From Candidatus Methanomethylophilaceae archaeon (lineage in GTDB: Archaea; Thermoplasmatota; Thermoplasmata; Methanomassiliicoccales; Methanomethylophilaceae), in assembly GCA_034006405.1 (NCBI GenBank), contig JAVESW010000020.1, positions 1-16,187 of the forward strand: DNA of 16,187 nucleotides, written 5' to 3'. The notes under the pieces are model-generated. The model made no database searches. It was given only the letters and a program-made list of their open reading frames with translations, and was not told where the DNA came from. Below, in pieces: positions 7,083-14,454 of this stretch. The translations under genes were made by a program, and so were the position numbers. The stretch's first letter is position 1, and each line of letters opens with the position of its first letter.

Positions 7083-8248
7083 AAATCGATCTCAGCGGAC
7101 CTCTATATGATGCCCTGAAAAAAGCCACCGCAGAGTATGCATCCCTGATTGAGAAAAATGACCTTCCCGGAGCCACAAAAAAAGCTGCTGAGATCGCGAG
7201 GTTCTATCATGAACTTGCAAACATGAATCCCGTGAACAAAAAAGAATATCTCGAGCGTGCAGCAAAATGGGAGAGAGTATCATCTGGAAAAATACGATCA
7301 AAACAAAAACCGTCCCAGTCACCTCATACTGAAACCGAGAAAGAAGAGGAAAATGAAATGAGCCAAAAAGCCTCCTCTCTTATCAAGACCTCCAATGTCA
7401 AATGGTCCGATATCGGCGGGCTTGATTCTGTAAAAAAACTGATGATGGAAACGGTGGTGATCGCAGGTCTCCAAAAACCCGAGTCCATCAAACCCTGGAA
7501 AGGCATTCTTCTCTTTGGACCTCCGGGGACCGGGAAAACCCTTCTTGCGGCTGCGGCGGCAGGAAGTCTGCATGCAACCTTCTATGATGTGAAATCGGAG
7601 AGTGTGCTCTCAAAATATTTCGGTGAATCTTCAAAACTGATTTCTGCGCTCTACAACTCGGCAAGAGATCACTCCCCCTCGATCGTTTTCATTGATGAGT
7701 TCGATGCTCTCAGTCAGTCCCGGGACGGGGAAACAAGCGAGGCGACGCGTAAAGTCCTCTCCAGCCTCCTTACAGAATTGGATGGGCTTTCCGACAAGAA
7801 AAGTGATCAGCTTCTCCTCACTCTTGCAGCGACAAATACCCCGTGGGATCTGGATACAGCAGTTTTATCCCGTTTTCCACGGCGGATCTATGTTCCTCTT
7901 CCGGATCAGAAAGCGTGTAAGGAGATCATAAAGATCCAGACAAAAGGCATGGACATCTCAGGAGTTTCTCTTGAGAGCATTTCCGAAAAGTGTGCGGAGA
8001 TGCTCTACTCAGGACGGGATATTTCCAACTTCTGTCAGCAGGCGATATGGACGATGATCCATAGAGTGAACCCAGATCTCTACAAAATGGCTGAATTATC
8101 ATTTGATGAACTGAAAATGCGGAATTTGCAGACGATCCCTCTTGCTGATGATGATTTTCGTGAAGCTTTTATGAAGATCCGCTCACCAATAACAAAAAAT
8201 AAGATTGAACAATACGAACAATGGAACGATGAGTGTGGTGAAGTGTAA
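7079..8248 (+). CDS. Vps4/CdvC-like meiotic-clade AAA+ ATPase with an N-terminal MIT domain
   Basis: The ORF track starts at GTG 7061, but ATG 7079 has a strong GGAGG at 7066-7070 and forms an ATGA overlap with the upstream stop. The N-terminal ~70 aa (LYDALKKATAEYASLIEKNDLPGATKKAAEIARFYHELANMNPVNKKEYLERAAKWERV) fit the three-helix MIT pattern of Vps4. The AAA core has Walker A GPPGTGKT and Walker B IVFIDEFDAL, and the Vps4/katanin-specific stretch LAATNTPWDLDTAVLSRFPRRIYVPLPD (compare Vps4 [28 protein letters not shown]). Confidence 0.85.
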   Translation: MKIDLSGPLYDALKKATAEYASLIEKNDLPGATKKAAEIARFYHELANMNPVNKKEYLERAAKWERVSSGKIRSKQKPSQSPHTETEKEEENEMSQKASSLIKTSNVKWSDIGGLDSVKKLMMETVVIAGLQKPESIKPWKGILLFGPPGTGKTLLAAAAAGSLHATFYDVKSESVLSKYFGESSKLISALYNSARDHSPSIVFIDEFDALSQSRDGETSEATRKVLSSLLTELDGLSDKKSDQLLLTLAATNTPWDLDTAVLSRFPRRIYVPLPDQKACKEIIKIQTKGMDISGVSLESISEKCAEMLYSGRDISNFCQQAIWTMIHRVNPDLYKMAELSFDELKMRNLQTIPLADDDFREAFMKIRSPITKNKIEQYEQWNDECGEV

Positions 8249-8250
8249 AG

Positions 8251-9864
8251 ATGGGATTTAGCTTTTTTAATAAGGAAAAACGAGCAGCGGAACAGTACAC
8301 GAAAGCAGCAGAACAGGGAGATGCACGTGCACAATTCAATCTTGGAGTGTGCTATGCCCTTGGGATGGGGGTGGAGAAAGACCAGAAAAAAGCGGTATAT
8401 TGGTACACGAAAGCAGCAGAACAGGGACATGCAGATGCACAAAATTATCTCGGGTTGTACTATGATTTTGAGGATGAGGAGAAGGATAGGGAGGAGAAAG
8501 AATGGGTTTCCAGTACAAGAGCAAGGGCAGAACAGGGAGATGCTGATACACAAAATCATCTCGGGATGTGCTATGACTTTGAGATGGGGGTGAAGAAAGA
8601 CCAAAAAAAAGCGGTATATTGGTACACAAAAGCAGCGGAGCAGGGAAATGCGTTTGCACAAAATTTTCTCGGTGAGCACTATAAGGGGGGTGTGGGAGTG
8701 GAAAAAGACCAGAAAAAAGCGGTATATTGGTACACAAAAGCAGCAGACCAGGGAGATGCACGTGCGGGATATGCACGTGCACAAGTCAATCTCGGGGTGT
8801 GCTATGAGAGGGGTGTGGGGGTGGAGAAAGACCCGAAAAAAGCGATATATTGGTACATGAAAGCAGCAGAACAGGGAGATGCTGATGCACAAGTCAATCT
8901 CGGGGTGTGCTATGAGAGGGGTGTGGGGGTGGAGAAAGACCCGAAAAAAGCGGTGGAGTGGTGGACAAAAGCAGCAGAACCACGCCCAACATTATCGAGA
9001 GATGTAGTAGACCCGGGAAATGAAGAGGCACAAACCAATCTCGGGTGGTGCTATGAAAATGGGGTGGGTGTAGAAAAAGACCAGAAAAAAGCGGTGTATT
9101 GGTACACAAAAGCAGCAGACGAGGGAGGTGAACGTGCAGGATATGCACGTGAGGGATATGCACGTGCACAAAATAATCTCGGGTTGTGCTATGAAAATGG
9201 GGTGGGGGTGGAGAAAGACCAGAAAAAAGCAGTATATTGGTACACGAAAGCAGCAGAGCAGGGAAATGCAATGGCACAAGATAATCTTGGGAGGTGCTAT
9301 GAGAGGGGTGTGGGGGTGGAGAAAGACCTGAAAAAAGTTGTATATTGGTACACAAAAGCAGCGGAGCAGGGACATGCTGATGCACAATTCAATCTCGGGT
9401 CGTGCTATGAGAATGGGGTGGGTGTGGAAAAAGATCTGAAAAAAGCGGTGATGTGGTTTACCAAAGCAGCGGAGCAGGGAAATGCACGTGCACAAACTAA
9501 TCTAGAGTTGTGTTATAAGAATGGGGTGGAAAAAGACCAGAAAAATGCGGGATATGGTTACACGAAAGAAGCAGAACAAGGAGATGCTGATGCACAAACC
9601 AATCTCGGGTTGTGCTATGAATTGGGGGAGGCGGTAGAAAAAGACCTGAAAAAAATTGTGTACAATGTAAACTATTTTTCGGCGGAAAAAATAATTCAAG
9701 GAAATATCGGTGTCTATGCAACAGATGATGCGATCGTCCATCGTCCGGTTGTGGGTGAGAAGGGATCAGATGATCCGAAAAATATCTTTTGCCCGTATTG
9801 CGGCAGACAACTTCCAGACGATGCAAGATTCTGCACTGGGTGCGGAAAACAAATTAGTGGATAA
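8251..9864 (+). CDS. Sel1-repeat (SLR) protein with about 13 tandem repeats, the conserved linker motif (GVYATDDAIVHRPV) and a C-terminal zinc ribbon (CPYCGRQLPDDARFCTGCG)
   Basis: 537 aa. The canonical Sel1 consensus recurs (AQxNLGxCYExGxGVEKDxKKAVYWYTKAAEQGxAxAQ). Its ATG is 3 nt after the AAA ATPase stop, so they are coupled. The many antisense ORFs over this region are artefacts of the DNA-level tandem repeat. Confidence 0.85.
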   Translation: MGFSFFNKEKRAAEQYTKAAEQGDARAQFNLGVCYALGMGVEKDQKKAVYWYTKAAEQGHADAQNYLGLYYDFEDEEKDREEKEWVSSTRARAEQGDADTQNHLGMCYDFEMGVKKDQKKAVYWYTKAAEQGNAFAQNFLGEHYKGGVGVEKDQKKAVYWYTKAADQGDARAGYARAQVNLGVCYERGVGVEKDPKKAIYWYMKAAEQGDADAQVNLGVCYERGVGVEKDPKKAVEWWTKAAEPRPTLSRDVVDPGNEEAQTNLGWCYENGVGVEKDQKKAVYWYTKAADEGGERAGYAREGYARAQNNLGLCYENGVGVEKDQKKAVYWYTKAAEQGNAMAQDNLGRCYERGVGVEKDLKKVVYWYTKAAEQGHADAQFNLGSCYENGVGVEKDLKKAVMWFTKAAEQGNARAQTNLELCYKNGVEKDQKNAGYGYTKEAEQGDADAQTNLGLCYELGEAVEKDLKKIVYNVNYFSAEKIIQGNIGVYATDDAIVHRPVVGEKGSDDPKNIFCPYCGRQLPDDARFCTGCGKQISG

Positions 9865-10474
9865 TTATTCCATCTTTATCCCGTCATGTTTTTGCCTGCT
9901 CTCCTCGCGGCGTGTCTTTCTTACAATGACTGGGTTCAGCATACACAAACGCTGCATCCTGGAGCAAAGCGAGCGAAACGAAGCGGAAAGCAAGGCTTTG
10001 CCTTGCGCACTGCCTTGTTCAATTTTGAGACCTTTCAGGTCAAGCTGCCTCTGAAATTCCTGCCAAACCAATTTGTCAACGCCTGATTCGGACATGCGTT
10101 CCCGAAATAACCAGATCGTTGAATTGTCAGGTATTTTGTCAGGACACACAAGAGGCCGCAAGCTAGAACTTGCTCACCGTTTCGGGCTAATGCCCTCACT
10201 TACAATGCCAAAAGGAGAGACGATCATAGATTTCACGTTCAACGGCGAGATCAGACAGATTATACCAGACTACCAGAAGCTGAATCTTGAACATGAGTAT
10301 TACATCGACATTGGGATGACCGCCTTTGTCGGATTTGTTCGAATACATGGATTCAAGAAGAGGGCGAAACACATCCCAATCAAGAGTTTTACCAACGTCG
10401 GAGAGACGGTCGCCAAGTTTTTCATAACGCTCGTGATATGCCTGGTTGAGACCAAAACTGCTGAAAGTCCCCAT
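9865..10474 (-). pseudogene. Remnant of an IS5-family (DDE) transposase gene: N-terminal portion only, split across two frames
   Basis: 10196..10474 (-) encodes the InsH-like N-terminal domain (LDWDVFRPLLESMYSNKSDKGGHPNVDVILMFKIQLLVVWYNLSDLAVEREIYDRLSF). 9865..10161 (-) continues in another frame with the IS5 signature PDNSTIWLFRERMSESGVDKLVWQEFQRQLDLKGLKIEQG. Similarity is then lost where the GC-rich hairpin repeat (9990-10006) sits. The catalytic DDE region is absent. Confidence 0.6.
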
Positions 10475-10517
10475 ACATAAGAGCCAACGTACGGAGAGAA
10501 AGTACTTTCTGTCAGAA

Positions 10518-10524
10518 AAAAAGG
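10518..10524 (-). terminator. T7 tract on the minus strand, about 40 nt downstream of the TIR-protein gene stop
   Basis: A7 on the plus strand at 10518-10524. Archaeal oligo-T terminator. Confidence 0.35.
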
Positions 10525-10560
10525 TTGTTAGAAATTCTCTTATTTGTTTCTTTGATGATA

Positions 10561-12897
10561 TTATTTAAATGGATTGTATGTCAGCGATATTAACCAACTG
10601 AGAGGCATACTAAGTATGAATCCACATATTGGTCCTCCAATCCATACACTTACTACTTGAATCCAGCCAGGAATATTCCATCCATCACCCTGTGTACCCA
10701 TAACAATTGCAAACACAATAAACATAACTACCACCATGCCAATAACTGTAACCCCAATATCAGACGCTTGTTGATGATCTCGGCTCATGGAAATGTACTC
10801 ACCACGCTTCTTATGCATGTATGACAGAGTATCTTTTGCATCTTTGTATTTTGAATACTCTTTTAATGATGATACGGCTTTATTATAATTATTGGTAAAA
10901 GCATTCTTTGCATAATTATAATTATCCTGATTATCCTTTATAAAGGAGTTCTGAATTAACAAATTTAAATAATCATCAAATTCAGAACGTATTGAGACAC
11001 ATACATGTTTACATTGTTCTTTACGTATTGGTTCTAAACATTGCTGAGCTAACTCACTTGAGTCCCTGTAACCATCCAGTGAAATAAATAGTGTTTGAGC
11101 ACGTGAATAATCACCAGATTCCATCGCTCTCTTTGCATCTATATAAATCCTCTCAGTATCCAGAGCGAGACATTTATTCGCCAGTTCAGACGAATCCTTA
11201 TAATTCCCTAAGGAGAGGGATTCATTCCGAGCACGGATATAGTCACCACCATTCATTAAAGCAATTGTATCTTTGTATTTTTTTTCAGTCTCCAACTCGA
11301 TACATTTTTTCACCAACTCTGCTGAGTCCTTGTACTCTTTTAACGATAAAAATACTTCACGGGCACTAAGATAAACCCCCATATTCATCATATTGATTGC
11401 ATCCGTATATTTCTTATCAATATCCAGTGCCGTACATTTCTTTGCCAGTTCAACTGAATCTTTATAACCCTTTAATGATTCAAAAATACCACGAGCAGTT
11501 ATATAATAGCCACCGTTCATAGTATTTTTTGCATCTATATAAATCCTCTCAGTATCCAGAGCGAGACATTTATTCGCCAGTTCAGACGAATCCCTATGGT
11601 CTTTGATTTTAAGGAATTTCTCCCTCGCCTCCATAAATTTATTGGAATTCAGGATTTCCTTTGCTTCAGCATACCAGACATCATGATTCTGATAGAGATA
11701 CTGTTCAAGAGTCTGTTTATACTCTGCATCAGCAAAACGAATGGCTTTCTTAAATAGGTCTTCATCCCGCAAATATATTTTAAGTTTTGTTAATTCATCT
11801 GGCGTGCGGACATTTTTTTGAACCATCAGTTTTCCTATGTAGGCTTGTGAGTATTCGGGATCGAAATCCAATGCTCGCTCAAGTAATTCATCTGCCCTGC
11901 TGATTTCTCTTTCCTCTAAGAAAAGGAAAGCACGTTTTACTAAGGGTGCTGCATTACTATCTGATTTTGAAGATGCAGATGCAGCAGATGTTTGTTCTGT
12001 TCCAACCAGTTTTTTCAGATTTCTGGTTAAATCAGGCATAAACGCAATATTAGACATATCCAACGCTTGAAGATGTGAGAACTCATCCGGCAAATCATAT
12101 GCATCCATATCCCTGAAACAAGGAATAAGAGTTTTTTTCTGACTCTTATCTATTTTCATCATGTGCAAATAACGTGACCACTCATTTTTAACCCAGATGG
12201 CATTGAAATATTCCTGCCTCGTTCCAAGAACAAGCATCACTTTTGCAGAAGATAAAGCTGCATAAATATATGGTTCATATTCTACACCAAGCTTGTCTTC
12301 AAGTGTGATAGCAGCATAGAACGTTTTCAAACCAGAATTAGTCAGTTCATGATAAATTTCATTGGCAATTACGCTGTCACGTGTTTTCTGACCATTTTCA
12401 TCTTTTTCCTTGTAACAGATAAAAACATCAAATGGCTTCTCAGATTTAACAATATCTAGAATCTTTCGTTGGAGATCATTGATTTCTTTTGCCTGAATCT
12501 CATAAACCAACTTGGCAGTTGAATCTGCATTCTGAAGTGTAGCAATGTAGTCTGAGTCAGTTAAAATAGATTCGAGTTGTGTTCTATGACATGTTGGGTG
12601 TCTGTTTCCAGTTTGAGTATCCTCAACATATTCTACACCATACTTACATAGAACAATCCCCCAATGTGCCTCTGCTTGAGTGTTATCAATGTCTAAAATT
12701 TTTTCATAAGCATCAACTGCTTTATCAAATTCACATTTTATGCGTAGATTATTTGCACGGTTGAAAAGATTGATGACAATATCATCACCACTTGTTGAAA
12801 GGGTCTGTTCCGTACCGCAATTATCACAAATGATAACTGAAACACCATTTGGAACATCCAAATTGCCACCACACATTTTACATTTGAATTGTGTCAT
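10561..12897 (-). CDS. Multidomain protein: N-terminal zinc ribbon, TPR-like helix pair, TIR domain, at least five tandem 44-aa repeats, and two C-terminal transmembrane helices
   Basis: 778 aa. Zinc ribbon: CKMCGGNLDVPNGVSVIICDNCG. TIR signature: FDVFICYKEKDENGQKTRDSVIANEIYHELTNSGLKTFYAAITLEDKLGVEYEPYIYAALSSAKVMLVLGTRQEYFNAIWVKNEWSRY. The 44-aa repeat recurs as YKDSxELAxKCxxLDxEKxYxDAxxxMNxGxYxxARxxFxSLxx. C-terminal hydrophobic stretches are VTVIGMVVVMFIVFAIVMG and IQVVSVWIGGPICGFILSMPLSWLISL. The region is AT-rich compared with upstream genes. Confidence 0.8.
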   Translation of the reverse strand: MTQFKCKMCGGNLDVPNGVSVIICDNCGTEQTLSTSGDDIVINLFNRANNLRIKCEFDKAVDAYEKILDIDNTQAEAHWGIVLCKYGVEYVEDTQTGNRHPTCHRTQLESILTDSDYIATLQNADSTAKLVYEIQAKEINDLQRKILDIVKSEKPFDVFICYKEKDENGQKTRDSVIANEIYHELTNSGLKTFYAAITLEDKLGVEYEPYIYAALSSAKVMLVLGTRQEYFNAIWVKNEWSRYLHMMKIDKSQKKTLIPCFRDMDAYDLPDEFSHLQALDMSNIAFMPDLTRNLKKLVGTEQTSAASASSKSDSNAAPLVKRAFLFLEEREISRADELLERALDFDPEYSQAYIGKLMVQKNVRTPDELTKLKIYLRDEDLFKKAIRFADAEYKQTLEQYLYQNHDVWYAEAKEILNSNKFMEAREKFLKIKDHRDSSELANKCLALDTERIYIDAKNTMNGGYYITARGIFESLKGYKDSVELAKKCTALDIDKKYTDAINMMNMGVYLSAREVFLSLKEYKDSAELVKKCIELETEKKYKDTIALMNGGDYIRARNESLSLGNYKDSSELANKCLALDTERIYIDAKRAMESGDYSRAQTLFISLDGYRDSSELAQQCLEPIRKEQCKHVCVSIRSEFDDYLNLLIQNSFIKDNQDNYNYAKNAFTNNYNKAVSSLKEYSKYKDAKDTLSYMHKKRGEYISMSRDHQQASDIGVTVIGMVVVMFIVFAIVMGTQGDGWNIPGWIQVVSVWIGGPICGFILSMPLSWLISLTYNPFK

Positions 12898-12964
12898 AGT
12901 TTATCATCATATATCTATATTATATCTCAAGGTTATTTTATATTTATTATCAGAATGATTATTA

Positions 12965-13008
12965 TAGAGTCTGTCCAATCGTAATGTGAATCTGTTGGAC
13001 AGACTCTA
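12965..13008. promoter_or_regulatory. Perfect 14-bp inverted repeat (tagagtctgtccaa-N16-ttggacagactcta) in the AT-rich divergent intergenic region between the TIR-protein gene and the Sel1 paralog. Candidate operator.
   Basis: Seen directly at 12965-12978 and 12995-13008. Both flanking genes are transcribed away from it, so it is not a terminator. It is surrounded by TATA-like AT-rich sequence. Confidence 0.35.
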
Positions 13009-13090
13009 CTAAATTATATAAAACACATCAGATATTTAATATGAATAATATACATAATAACTAATATTGATATTATAAGAGGTTATTAAA

Positions 13091-14062
13091 ATGTATCCGA
13101 GTGATTCAACCACAAACTTATCTGACAAATTTAATAATGAGAATAAACATGATGAATTGGAAAAGCAATTAGCATTATATTCCTGTTATTTGGATGGCTC
13201 ATGCGGATTTGAAAAAAATCCTGAAAAAGGACTATCATTAATTATTAAAATTGCAGAACAAGATAATGTAAATGCCCAGATTCTGTTAGCTGCCCTATAT
13301 TATGCAGGTGAGAAAGTTAGATTGAATCCAGAAGCTGCTTTCTATTGGTACTCTAAAGCAGCAGAACAAGACAATACAACTGCACAGTATAAATTAGGCT
13401 ATTTTTATAAAAATGGAATTGGTGTTGATAAAAATCTTCAAATATCAAAATATTGGTATACTAAAGCAGCAAAGAAAGGACATACAGTATCACAAAAAGA
13501 ACTTGGTGATATTTACAAAAAAAGTAATAATGTAGAAGATTTAATATCAGCTATTTATTGGTATACTAAAGCAGCAGAACTTGGAAATATAGATGCTCAA
13601 AATTCATTAGGAATTTGTTATGCTAATGGAACCGGTGTTGAAGAAGATGCTGAAAAAGCAGTATCTCTATTTACAAAAGCGGCCAAAAAAGGAAATGCTG
13701 ATGCACAGTATAATTTAGGAATATGTTATTTCAATGGATTCGGTGTTGATAAAAATAAAATAAGAGTTAAAGAATGGATTGAAAAATCAATAGAACAAAA
13801 CTACGAGCCTGCACTTAATTTTGCTGAAAATCATCCAGAACTTAATTTCAAAAATACACAAAGCATAGTCTCTAATATTTACAATGTAACTGGAGATTAT
13901 ATTCAGGATAACCATGGTGTTATTGCAAAAGATGATGCCATAGTATATCGTACAAATCTAAATAATGAACAAGCTACCACCCCATCTTTTTGTTCTCAAT
14001 GCGGATGTCCGGCAATAACAGGTGACATATTCTGCAGAAAGTGTGGTGGAAAATTACAATGA
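13091..14062 (+). CDS. Sel1-repeat protein paralog with the conserved linker motif (GVIAKDDAIVYRT) and a C-terminal zinc ribbon (CSQCGCPAITGDIFCRKCG)
   Basis: 323 aa. Sel1 consensus units (AQYKLGYFYKNGIGVDKNLQISKYWYTKAAKKGH..., AQNSLGICYANGTGVEEDAEKAVSLFTKAAKKGNADAQYNLGICYFNGFGVDKN). Same domain order as 8251..9864, but with a strongly AT-biased codon choice. Confidence 0.85.
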   Translation: MYPSDSTTNLSDKFNNENKHDELEKQLALYSCYLDGSCGFEKNPEKGLSLIIKIAEQDNVNAQILLAALYYAGEKVRLNPEAAFYWYSKAAEQDNTTAQYKLGYFYKNGIGVDKNLQISKYWYTKAAKKGHTVSQKELGDIYKKSNNVEDLISAIYWYTKAAELGNIDAQNSLGICYANGTGVEEDAEKAVSLFTKAAKKGNADAQYNLGICYFNGFGVDKNKIRVKEWIEKSIEQNYEPALNFAENHPELNFKNTQSIVSNIYNVTGDYIQDNHGVIAKDDAIVYRTNLNNEQATTPSFCSQCGCPAITGDIFCRKCGGKLQ

Positions 14063-14172
14063 ATGTATTCTATTATAATATAGATTGCAATAGAATACAT
14101 ATGATGATATTGTAAGGATTTTGATAGAAGTAAATGCAATTCTGAATAAAAACGAATGATACACATTCCAAG

Positions 14173-14382
14173 TTAGATAATGAGTAATAAATATAGTCTT
14201 TCATACAAAATAGGATTTATGAATACGCCTACGACGATTGCAATGAGGCCGAAGATCGCAATAAGGTCCCCATAGCCGATACGCAGAGCGATACGATATG
14301 CACCCCGCCCAACTGATTCTTTTCTTTTTCGTGTTTTCGTGGATTTTTTTGTGAATTTCGTGTGATGATTTATACCATCCAA
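14173..14382 (-). CDS. Possible small membrane protein (69 aa; basic N-terminus plus one TM helix)
   Basis: ORF only. The K/R-rich N-terminus is followed by LIAIFGLIAIVVGVFINPIL. No clear promoter or RBS. It lies convergent to the Sel1 paralog and could be spurious. Confidence 0.2.
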   Translation of the reverse strand: MDGINHHTKFTKKSTKTRKRKESVGRGAYRIALRIGYGDLIAIFGLIAIVVGVFINPILYERLYLLLII

Positions 14383-14454
14383 AGAATCCCGCTTGAAATG
14401 CGTAGATATGACACAGAAAAGCCGCTGATATTTATCTCAAATATACGATATCTC

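Noticed and set aside
8080-9826. Many long antisense or out-of-frame ORFs (8080..8892-, 8336..8782-, 8894..9385-, 8992..9495-, 9497..9826-, 8321..8593+, 8648..8860+, 9128..9331+) and a CRISPR-like periodicity
   Set aside because: They lie entirely within the Sel1-repeat gene. Their own sequences are repetitive and low-complexity, reflecting the 108-nt coding tandem repeat. The repeats are in-frame protein units with the conserved Sel1 consensus, not alternating repeat-spacer units, so this is not a CRISPR array.
10073-10480. Plus-strand ORF 10073..10480 (135 aa)
   Set aside because: It is antisense to the IS5 transposase N-terminal remnant, whose minus-strand translation carries the recognisable IS5 motifs.
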